Positions 1 through 10,983 of a DNA stretch of 64,000 nt are shown here, piece by piece. Under the pieces are notes generated by a model that did not search any database, had not been told where the DNA came from, and saw only the letters and a program-made list of their open reading frames with translations. The DNA is from Macrostomum hystrix. Taxonomy: Eukaryota; Animalia; Platyhelminthes. Position 1 is the stretch's first letter; every line of letters starts with the position of its first letter. Position numbers and translations under genes: made by a program. The stretch lies in NCBI GenBank assembly GCA_950097015.1, contig CATNEN010000007.1:6572001-6636000 (forward strand), written 5' to 3'.

Positions 1-128
1 TCCATTGACCCAGTCATTGACCCAGTGCTTCCATTGACCCAGTCATTGACCCAGTGCTTCCATTGACCCAGTGCTTCCATTGACCCAGTGCTTCCATTGA
101 CCCAGTGCTGACCCAGTGCTGACCCAGT
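1..128. repeat. Tandem repeat, ~17-nt unit (ttccattgacccagtgc), Dscam intron
   Basis: Visible tandem copies from the window start up to the polypyrimidine tract of exon 169. Confidence 0.9.
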
Positions 129-168
129 GGTTTCACGGCATTCTCAGCGCTCTCTCGCTTCCTTTCAG

Positions 169-3100
169 CGCCGCCGCACATCGTGTCGTTCCCGCACACA
201 TTCCACGTCGACCGCAACGCCAGCGTCATGCTGGACTGCGAGGTGGTCGGCGTCGGCACCGGGCAGCCAAAGTGGAAATTCCCACCGGTCGAGTGAGTGA
301 TCGATTGTGTTCGAAATCCCTTATTCACAGGTCTGATCCGACTTAATCCCCAGTCCTGAGGTTTGATCCTTCATAATCCCTAGTCCTGAGGCTTGATCCT
401 ACATAATCCCTAGTCCTGAGGCTTGATCCTACATAATCCCTAGTCCTGAGGTTTGATCCTTCATAATCCCTAGTCCTGAGGTTTGATCCTACATAATCCC
501 TAGTCCTGAGGTTTGATCCTTCATAATCCCTAGTCCTGAGGTTTGATCCTAGATAATCACTGATCCCCAGGTTTGATCCTAGATAATCACTGATCCCCAG
601 GTTTGATCCTAGATAATCACTGATCCCCAGGTTTGATCCTAGATAATCACTGATCCCCAGGTTTGATCCTAGATAATCACTGATCCCCAGGTTTGATCCT
701 AGATAATCACTGATCCCCAGGTTTGATCCTAGATAATCACTGATCCCCAGGTTTGATCCTAGATAATCACTGATCCCCAGGTTTGATCCTACATAATCAC
801 TGATCCCCAGGTTTGATCCTACATAATCACTGATCCCCAGGTTTGATCCTAGATAATCACTGATCCCCAGGTTTGATCCTAGATAATCACTGATCCCCAG
901 GTTTGATCCTAGATAATCACTGATCCCCAGGTTTGATCCTACATAATCACTGATCCCCAGGTTTGATCCTAGATAATCACTGATCCCCAGGTTTGATCCT
1001 AGATAATCACTGATCCCCAGGTTTGATCCTAGATAATCACTGATCCCCAGGTTTGATCCTACATAATCACTGATCCCCAGGTTTGATCCTAGATAATCAC
1101 TGATCCCCAGGTTTGATCCTAGATAATCACTGATCCCCAGGTTTGATCCTAGATAATCACTGATCCCCAGGTTTGATCCTAGATAATCACTGATCCCCAG
1201 GTTTGATCCTAGATAATCACTGATCCCCAGGTTTGATCCTAGATAATCACTGATCCCCAGGTTTGATCCTAGATAATCACTGATCCCCAGGTTTGATCCT
1301 AGATAATCACTGATCCCCATGTTTGATCCTAGATAATCACTGATCCCCAGGTTTGATCCTAGATAATCCCATGTCCTGAGGTTTGATCCTACATAATCCC
1401 TAGTCCTGAGGTTTGATCTTTCATAATCCCTAGTCCTGAGGTTTGATCTTTCATAATCCCTAGTCCTGAGGTTTGATCCTACATAATCACTGATCCCCAG
1501 GTTTGATCCTAGATAATCCCATGTCCTGAGGTTTGATCCTACATAATCACTGATCCCCAGGTTTGATCCTACATAATCCCAGACCCTCTAAATTTGACCT
1601 CCAAAAATCATCCATCTCCTCACACCCGTCTGCTCAATCCAGCCCGCCGCCGATCGAGTCCCTTAGCAACGGCTCCCTGCTGATTAAGCGAGTCCTGCAC
1701 GACGGAGAGTTCAGTTGCAGGGCTGGGCAGCACGATGACGCTGACTCGATCACCTACACAGTGAAGGCTGTCAGTAAGTGCCATTGTCTTAACTAGCCAA
1801 CTCCTAATTGATTCCAAATCTAAATACTTTCACCCGTAACCCATTTGGCTCATTGCAGATCGAGACGCGAAAAGTGAGTCCCACCTGGCCATGGACTCGG
1901 AGTTCGATTTCATGATTTGCTCTGCCCGAACTGCCTCTCCGAATTTCAACACATTTCCGCCACTACTCTTACTAGAATTGCATCCGCCCTTTCCTCATAT
2001 CCGCCCCTCCCTCCTATAAACATTCCCTCAAATCCGCCCCTACCTCCAATCAACATTCCCTCAAATCCGCCCCTACCTCCCATCAACATTCCCTCAAATC
2101 CGCCCCTCCCTCTTGTCTGCATTCCCTCAAATCCACCCCTACCTCCTATCAACATTCTCTCAAATCCGCCCCTCCCTCCTATCAACATTCTCTCAAATCC
2201 GCCCCTACCTCCCATCAACATTCCCTCAAATCTGCCCCTCCCTCCTATCAACATTCCCTCAAATCCGCCCCTCCCTCCTATCAACATTCTCTCAAATCCG
2301 CCCCTACCTCCCATCAACATTCCCTCAAATCTGCCCCTCCCTCCTATCAACATTCCCTCAAATCTGCCCCTCCCTCCTATCAACATTCCCTCATATCCGC
2401 CCCTACCTCCTATCAACATTCCCTAAAATCCGCCCCTCCCTCCTATCCGCATTCCCTCAAATCCGCCCCTCCCTCCTATCCGCATTCCCTCAAATCCGCC
2501 CCTCCCTCCTATCCGCATTCCCTCAAATCCGTCCCCTCCGCCCTGCATTCAAATCCGCCCTCTTCGTCTTCAGCAACCCCGCCGGAGCCGCAGCTGCTGG
2601 CTGGCCTGCGCACTTCCACCAGCCTGGAGCTGCTGTGGCGCACCAGCGGCAGTCATCAAGCCGGCGCCTCTGTGCGGGCCGCCGTGACGCACTTCGACCT
2701 GCGCTACAGCCGCGGCCCGGGCCACGAGCCGGAGCAGCGCACCCTGGCTGGCGGCAACCGCTCCTACCTACTGGACCGCGTGGACTGCGGCGCCTCGGTC
2801 GACTTCAGCCTGCGCGCAGTCAACGGCTTCGATCTTAAGAGCAATTTCGTTTATCCGCCGCTGCGGCTGACCGCCGTCGGCTCGCCGCCGGTCGCAGCCA
2901 GCGACGCAGATCGCTGGCTGGTGGCGCGGCAGCACCGGCACGGCCTGGAGCTGAATTTCACCGCCCTGCAGCCCGGCGACGGCTGCCCACCCGAGCGCTA
3001 CTTTGTCAGCCTGACGCCCCTGCGGCCCGCCGCGAGCTCCGAGCCGCAGCCGTCATCGCATCAATTCCATATAATGCGGACCGACCTCGCGGGTCTCGAC

Positions 3101-5194
3101 AATTGCTGCCACAACCTGACGGAGGTCCTGCAGACCGACGTCTCCTACCAGCTGACGGTGATTGCGTCCAATGCGGCTGGCAATTCCAGCCAGGTGATCA
3201 GCCACTTCAAGGCCAGGGACCTCGGCGTTGGCGGAGGAGGCAGCGGCAGCGGCGTAGGTGGGGGCGGCGGCGGCCGCGGAATCGGTGGCGCAGGCGGCGG
3301 CAATGAAGAACGGCCGACGGTGCTGGGCGGGCCGGACCTGCGGCATTCGGTGATTCTGCCAATCGTTGTTGTTATCGTCATTGCTGTGGCCGTTTTCGTT
3401 GTCGTCATCGTGGCCATCGCCGTCATTCGCGGAGTCCTCGGACTAGACTGCTTCAGCTGCTTCTGCAGCTGCTGCCCCGGCTCGTCGAAGGACGCGGCCG
3501 CTGAAGCCCCCGCAGCACTGCCGGCATCGGCGACAGGGCAGCCGTTCCTGCCAGAGCCACCCGGCCTACCCGAAACAGCCGTCAAGGGCGGCCGGAAGGT
3601 GACGCTACAGGTTTCCGGCGGCAAGGCGCTGCCGGTGCTTCCGCCGCAGGAAGTTCTGGCCGGTGGGCTTGTCGAATACATCGAGGAGGACCGCGCGTCC
3701 ATCGATACGGACGGCAACCTGGCCTGGTACGCCAGCTACAACCCGGGCGACTCAGCGGCAGCGGCGGCGCTTGCGGCCGGTGCGACACTCCGGTCTGGCA
3801 GCCTCAGCCACCTGCCGGCGCAAATGATTCGCATTCAGCAACAGCAGCAGCAGCAGCGGCAGCGGCTGCGACGTTGCGACGCCACGGAAGCGCGCCGAGC
3901 GCGCGACTATCAAGGCGTGCCGACATCCGCCCAGCTGGAGCAGCGGCGGTCGCACATGTCCTCCTCCACCACAGTCAGCAGCGCCCGGGACGAACTGTTG
4001 GACGCCTATCGGGTCGGAAAACTGCGGAACGTCTTCCAGCCTGGCGCGGCCGCCACTGTCGCCGAATACGACGGCAGCGGCAGCAGCGGAGGCAGCACGG
4101 ATCCGGGCATTCGGCAGTTTACCTGCCGGCCGCCTGGTCCAAATGAGATGCGGAAATTCACCTGTGAGATGCCCTATCCAGGTGAGCCGATTTGCCCTGA
4201 GACCAGGTGCTGCTCCAAACTGTCAGACATGCTTAATAAAAAAATCCTTTCATATTCCACCCGCAGCTGCGGATCTCCCAGGACCGTCGTCAAACTTGCA
4301 GCGCTACCGGCGCCAGCTGTCATCGGGCACGGATCAGACCTACGAGAGAATCGACGACGGAACCAATCAGAGCGGCCGGAGGGCCACCCTGCAGCAGCAG
4401 CAGCGGCGGCAACAGCAGCACCCGCAGCACTTGCAGTACCAGCATCAGCAGCGCCAGCGCACCAGCTCGGACGCTGGCGGCAGCTACGGCACCGGTGTCT
4501 ATGACAGCGCCGACGGTAGCGTCATGGACTACTACAGCTACAACTACGACCCGGCCCAGCAGCAACAGCTGCAGTACCAGCAGCGGCGCCGCTTGGCCCA
4601 GCAGGTCGGAGGCGTTGGCGGCCGCGGCGGCGTATACAGCACCTACCAGCGCTCGTACCAACAGCCGCCGCCGCAGCCGCCGATGCAGCACCAGATGCAG
4701 TTTGCATTCGTCACCACACCGCAGCGACGTCGGCAGGCTGGACCGCATCGGGAGCGAGTCGCCGCGGTTGTGCACGCCGTCAACAATCCGGAGGACGACG
4801 ACGAAGAGGACGACGAAGAGGAAGAGGAGCGGCAGCAGAGCCGGCAGCTGCTGGAGCCTGCGGGAACGAGCAGCGGGTGAGTTGTCAGTCGGTGCCAACG
4901 TATTTAAATAAGTATTCTGATCCAGAAAACTAATGGGTAAACGTCAGGAGTAACTATGCCTTTACTTGCCTGATTGAATGCTTCGGCATCTTATTAGTTG
5001 TAGTCATTTTCTTTTTGCCAAAAGTACTTACTTTTCAGTTAGCGCAGATTGTGAAGTTTCCTTGCCGCTGTCATTGCAGGCGCTATTACCAGCCACCGCC
5101 TTCGCTGCCACCACCAGCTGGCGCGGGCGCCGCAAACGAGCCTGAGCCGGAGTCCGCTGATCCCACCTATGAGGATTACTTCACCGAGGTCTGA
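169..5194 (+). CDS. Dscam: Dscam-like cell adhesion receptor, 3' part (last Ig domain, two FN3 domains, TM, cytoplasmic tail); 5' end lies upstream of the window
   Basis: Phase-compatible GT-AG exons 169-292, 1643-1773, 2574-4181, 4267-4876, 5080-5194. Translation gives an Ig domain (PPHIVSFPHTF..VMLDCEVVG..PKWK / SNGSLLIKRV..GEFSCRAG..DSITYTVKAV), FN3 (..SYLLDRVDCGASVDFSLRAVNG..), FN3 (GDGCPPERYFV..YQLTVIASNAAG), TM (VILPIVVVIVIAVAVFVVVIVAIAVI), the Dscam-like cytoplasmic motifs SSSTTVSSARDELLDAY and DPGIRQFT, and C-terminal YFTEV*. AATAAA at 5274-5279. Confidence 0.85.
331..1580. repeat. Minisatellite, 30-nt unit (gtttgatcctagataatcactgatccccag and variant gtttgatccttcataatccctagtcctgag), ~41 copies
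   Basis: Exact 30-nt periodicity filling Dscam intron 293-1642. Confidence 0.97.
1995..2560. repeat. C-rich minisatellite, 33-nt unit (ccctcaaatccgcccctccctcctatcaacatt)
   Basis: Periodic copies ending just before the acceptor at 2573. Confidence 0.95.
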
Positions 5195-6221
5195 CCAATT
5201 CCAGGAAATGCGAACGGCCATTGTCAACCACTTGGAGCACAATCAGATAAGCTCCAAGCTGGTGTGAAAAATGAATAAACTTACTACTTACAGCTACAGT
5301 CGGATAAGTAGTATAGTAGCGATGCTTTCGAGGAAATCTCCAGTGTACAGTGAGAACTCAGTCGAGTTTGGCGGGTTCGAACCCAGTGCTTTATAATCTG
5401 TTGAATAACTCCACTTCATTGTGTCATCATTTGTCAGGCGCCTCAAAGCGCTGCTAAAATATCTGTTCAAACAGGCGTAGCATATTTGCAATTCTTGACT
5501 GTAATATACATATTTTATTGATTGCGTTTTTAACTGCCTTTTTGTTTCTCATTGTCCACCGGCCCCACCGCGCAGTTCTGTAAATTTAGCAATCCCCATT
5601 GATCTGTTTTTACACGTGCAAGCTTTTCTGAGCAATCAATTGTGTTTTTTTACCTGGCCGAAGAGAGCGAGCTGCGGGCAGGCAACGAGCGGCTCGGCGG
5701 CTTTGCCAAAGCACAGCACAAACAGCGAGTCCAGCACGGATCGATAAAGCCAGCCTTATTCTGTTCTGGCTCGTGAGTTTGTTTTCAATTATTGTTTTGC
5801 AATAAAGAGTAACTCCCGATTCTGAAACTGGAATTGCACATTATGTTTTATTCTATTTGTTCAATGTTTGTTTTGTAGGCCATTTATTTCAACTGTCGGA
5901 CTATTTTTTACTAGCGGTTGGCTGACCGCCACTCCGTACTCACATCTGTAAATCTGCTGCTTTCTCTCTGCCTCTGTTGCTTACCGGGAGGAAAATAATT
6001 GTGCAAACGACCCGGCTCGGTCATTTTTCCATTCTCTCGCCGTTGCCGCGTGTGCGGCCGCGCCCAATTGCAGAAAATAAAACTAGTAACTCGCAAAGTC
6101 ACAACAATCTTTGGACTCGCAACAATTGCAGCAGCTGACAGAGCTGTTACAGACAGAGATTTTCGACTACTCGGGACTGAAGCAATGTCCGTGGTGAGGT
6201 ACTGCGTGAAGTACTGCGTAA

Positions 6222-6915
6222 AGGGCTGCGTACAGATACTGTGTCAAGGGCTGTGTACAGATACTGTTTCAATGGTTGTGTACAATAACTGTCAATGGCT
6301 GTGTACAAGAACTTACAAGGGCTGTGTACAGATACTGTCAAGGGCTGCGTTCAGATACAGTGTCAATGGCTGTGTACAGGTACTGTATCCAGCGCTGTGT
6401 ACAAGAACTATCAAGGGCTGTGTACAGGTACTGTTTCAATGGTTGTGTACAAGAACTGTCAATGGCTGTGTACAAGAACTGTCAAGGGCTGTGTACAGAT
6501 ACTGTCAAGGGCTGTTTTCAGATACAGTGTCAAGGGCTGTGTACAGAAACTGTCAAGGGCTGTGTTCAGATACAGTGTCAAGGGCTGTGTACAGAAACTA
6601 TCAAGGGCTGTGTTCAGATACAGTGTCAAGGGCTGTGTACAGAAACTGTCAAGGGCTGTGTTCAGATACAGTGTCAAGGGCTGTGTACAGAAACTGTCAA
6701 GGGCTGTGTTCAGATACAGTGTTAAGGGCTGTGTACAGAAACTGTCAAGGGCTGTGTTCAGATACAGTGTCAAGGGCTGTGTACAGGTACTGTGAACAAG
6801 AACTGTCAAGGGCTGTGTACAAGAACTTTGAAGGGCTGTGTACAGGTACTGTTTCAATGGCTGTGTAGAAGAACTGTCAAGGGCTGTGTACAGGTTCTGT
6901 GTCAAGGACTGTGTC
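6222..6915. repeat. Minisatellite, 23/25-nt subunits (tgtcaagggctgtgtacagaaac / tgtcaagggctgtgttcagatacag)
   Basis: Alternating related subunits forming a ~48-nt higher-order repeat. Confidence 0.92.
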
Positions 6916-7571
6916 GTGTTTCTCACGGCTCACTCAGCAATAGTGCTTAATAATAAGCCCAATATTATATAGTGGGGCAGATCGATTTAAAAATAACAAA
7001 CCAGTGCTCATTGAAGACATTCGGTTCGCTTTGCAAGGTTATTTTTTAAAATGCGCTAATGATGTCAGAACAATAGCACTGAGGCAGTAATTAAAGCATT
7101 TTGTTGTTTCAATTTTATTAAGCATTGAATTATTTCAATTATGGTGTCGGGCCAAAAGTTCGGTGTAATCGGGAAGTTAAGAATCAGGAGTGACTTTTCA
7201 AAATGAAAAAAATAATGAGATAAAAACTGATGTTAAGAAAAAAACTGCTTGGGATTAAAAATGGTCATTAGCGTTGAGTTGCGAATAAGAAAAAAGCTAA
7301 TTGAGCAGGTCAACAGAGAATGATTAACTGCATTCTAAATATGCATTGTAGCACCTCAAGCGTGCGTTCAGCACAGAAAGTGTAAAAACAAAAGATAAGA
7401 AAAATAAATTTAGACACAAAAGCAGCCGTTTTCTTGGCAGAAATGCAAATTAAAATCTAGTCAGTTGCTAATTGCCTACTTATAAATTCATTAATATTTG
7501 GTCGGGGATAAGTGTCGGGGATGCATGCACTATATAAGCTACTGAGGTTTCTCATTAGTAGTACAAGATTC

Positions 7572-10500
7572 TCACATTGGCGGTGCGATAGGCGGCCGGT
7601 TGTAGCAGGCAGCGTACTCCTTGTGCTTGGCCTGAATAATTTCACTCAGGGCGGTCACGTGACGGTTCAGGCTGGCTGGCGACAGCTCCGACTCGCTGTT
7701 CATCAGCTCCTGGAGCAGCGTCGGCCAAACGTCGGCAGACCAGCCGCTGACATCGGGATGGGAGGGGGTTGAGATGATGATTAAAAACGTGATTAAAACG
7801 GTTGTGTCGCTTTAAACAGATTTTTAGTGGACCTAAAAAGGGCCGTTTTAAGTTTGCCACATAAATCCCCGCCGCTCTGGGTAGAGGAGTATAAAAAATA
7901 GGGTATTGTGTATAATGCACTTTATGTATCGACTCCAGCTAAAGCAAAAACTGATGCCCACAAGGTAACAAACTAACAAGCACACTCGTATGTCAGTTTT
8001 TATATCTGCTGGTCCGTTTTTAGCTTTGTCCGCAAAAAACGGGCAAATAACGGATTTATTTTTACCCGGGAATAAGCGCAACTGTCTACTTACAGTAGAT
8101 TGCAAAGAGAGCTGATGACAAAAATAAGTTTTTAACTCACCGGGGCAGCCGAGGAGCTCCCTGAAGGCGAACGCCGGCCTCGCCAGCGGAGACGGTCATG
8201 TAGGACTGGAAAATCAGGCAGTAGATGACGCTGGCCACATTGAACAAGTCGCATTGGCAGGTCCACAGCTGGCTTGACAGCATCTGCGGGCAAAGGAATG
8301 TGGCCGATGCCTTGGCTCGGTTGCCGCCGACGCCGCCGCTGTCGCTTCCGCCGCCGCCGCGCCGCAGTATGAAGCCGTCGCCAGTGAGCTTGGAATATTC
8401 CATGGCCTGGCCAAAGTCCAGCAGCAGCACGGAGTGCAGTCGGTTGTCCGGCGGCAGAGCAGAGGCTGCGCCTACCACTGGCCGAAGGTCGGGCAGGCCG
8501 AGGAACACCAGGTTGTCCGGCTTGATGTCAGCGTGGAGCAGGCGGGCCCGGTGGAGTGAGCAGACCAGGTAGAGCAGCTCCAAGCTTATATAGGCAACCA
8601 CCTGGTTACGGGAGGCAGCGTGCGGGTGGGGCATTCGTGCTGTGGACTCAGACTGCAGCAGCGAATCTCCGGGTACTTACCGGTTCTGGCAGCCGGCTGC
8701 GGTCGGTGATGCACCTGTTGACCAGGTCCAGCAGGGAGCCAGTGCTGTAGCAAGTCTGCACTAGCACGGTGGCCTCCTTGAAGGCGTGCACTCGGACAGC
8801 GTCGCACAGGCCCGGCCGACAGTCGGGCAGGTCCGGGCAGCGCAGATCGGAGAGGCGCTGGTGGGTCAGGCGGATGATGAGGAACTCCTCCAGCAGGGGC
8901 GGGCTCTGCCACTTCAGCACCTGCGGCGGCGGCAGCAAGGAAACTAATTATCAAGGGGGAATTCCACCGGGGGGTTGTTTAACAGCAGAAACACCACTGG
9001 GCTATTTCAAATATTTAAGTGTGTCCCAAAAATGAAAAACTGGCGAACTTTGCCGCTCTAACCGATTTGATTTGATTTGACGACACTAGACCTGCAGCCA
9101 GCGAGGAGGCAATTCTGCCCATTTCGCTGACTCCTGAGCACACACGCACACAGATACTGCACACAGGCATACACTCACACAGGTGTGTATTGACATCTGT
9201 CATGATTTTCTCATCGTCAGGCAGTGTACACTCTCACTGTGCCTAGGAGGTTGTCCCTCAAGGACGCAAGTTGCACGACAAGCCCTTAAGACTTCTCTCC
9301 GCAGCTGCGCCATAAATAAATGTGGCCTCGCCGAGCTCAGGGACCTTGGTGCGAGAGGCAAATGCGTTAACCGCTCTGCAACTCACCCCCTCTCCCGTGG
9401 TTTTTCCCAGTGGTCTTTCTACTGTTAGCTAAGATCGACAATCACCAACCAGTTTTCTCTCATTCGCCGTGTAGACCTCGCCGAATGCCCCGCTAGCCAG
9501 CTTGGCGATGTCCTTGTAGTGAAAGCTGCCGTGCACGATGGAGCGCGCGTTTCGCCGGAGATTAATGAACGGATTGGTGCCGAAGCCGCGAACAATGTCC
9601 TTGGCGAACTGGGCCTTCAGCTCCTCGGCGCTGGGGAACCAGAGTCTGGCTGACTGCTGCGAGAACGGTAGGTCAGGCTGCAGCGCCAGGTGGATGGCCT
9701 TCAGGCCGGAAGTGGCGTGCAAAGCGCCGGCGGCTGCCACCGTCTCGGAGACGCAGATCGTGTGCGTCGCCGACAAGTCGATCGTCGTCTGGTTGGGCGC
9801 GCCTGGGGCATTCTCGGCGTCGTCGTCGATGTCGTCATCGTCGTTATCGTCGCCGATATCGCCGAAGCCACTGTAGCCAAAACCAGTGGCGGCAGCGGCG
9901 GCTGCGGCGGCAGCAGCGGCGCACGTGGCGGACATTGTCGAGGAGACGACCGAGGCGCGAATTCCGAAAGCGGCCAGAGTGTCGTCTTCGTCAGCGGTGG
10001 AGGCGGCGCCGGCGGCGGCAGGCGGTGCTTTGTTTGCCATTGCAGTTGTCTCGCCCGTCGCGGCGTCGTCGTCAACATTGTCCACCAACGTCTGCCGGCA
10101 GCTGCTCGACGGGCTTTCGCGACGACGCCGAATCGACGCAGCAGCTTCATCCTCCACGACAGTCAACGCTGTAGACGAATCGCTGACAGAGGCGGCGGCA
10201 ATGGTGGCGGCGGAGTCATACCGCATAGTGCCAGTTGACGATATGCGCACCTTAAAGTTCTCAATTGACACCTGAGACTGGGACTGGGACTGGGTCTGTT
10301 GCTGGGACGTGGACTGATGTGAGCGCCGCTGCTGCTCCACGTCAGTGTCCGGAGTTGCCAGACCGTCGCTACCGCCGCTACCGCCGGCGGAGGAGCCGCC
10401 GGAACTGCGCTCGAGCAGCGAGCCAAGGATTTGCGGCAGGTTCTGAAACAGATGTGGAAATTAGAAATGTTTGTATACGCAGCTGTAAGCTGAGCTAGTT

Positions 10501-10945
10501 CCCGCTGGTCGGACACTCACCACCGGATTCCTAATGATCTGCGTGCTCTGAGAGGACGGCGTGAATTCTATGACACTCTCGCCAGTGCCGCCGCCAAATA
10601 GATTCGCCGACATGGTCTGGTCAGCTGGTTGCTGCTGCTGCTGCTGCTGACGCTGCTGACCAGCCGCAGACGAAGCATTGATGGGCGTGTGCGGAGCCAG
10701 GCCTTTCTTCATTCGCTGCAGACCGACGCTGCCCAGCCCGGCACCGGATGAGACTGGCGGGGCGGGCACTTTGAAATCTCCGAGCTTCGCCTGCTGCTGC
10801 TGTTGAAAAGAGGTTGGCGGAAGCGGTGGCTTAAACTGATCATGCTGCGACGGTGGCGGCTGCTGCTGCTGCTGAGGCTCGGCAATTAGTAGACTTTCGT
10901 CGCAGAAAATTTCAAAGGCCGGTTGCCGAGATGATTGAGACGCGG

Positions 10946-10983
<38 letters not shown>

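Noticed and set aside
343-1320. 325-aa repetitive ORF (GISDYLGSNL)n and similar ORFs at 1917-2426, 5999-6926, 15006-15932, 18673-19269, 23323-23843
   Set aside because: These are translations of intronic or intergenic minisatellites lacking stop codons in some frames; the flanking genes splice cleanly around them.
2672-4504. 610-aa ORF as a complete standalone protein
   Set aside because: It starts mid-FN3 domain and reads through intron 4182-4266; it is part of the spliced Dscam gene.
5372-5383. B-box-like palindrome gggttcgaaccc
   Set aside because: No accompanying A box or cloverleaf; too short to call.
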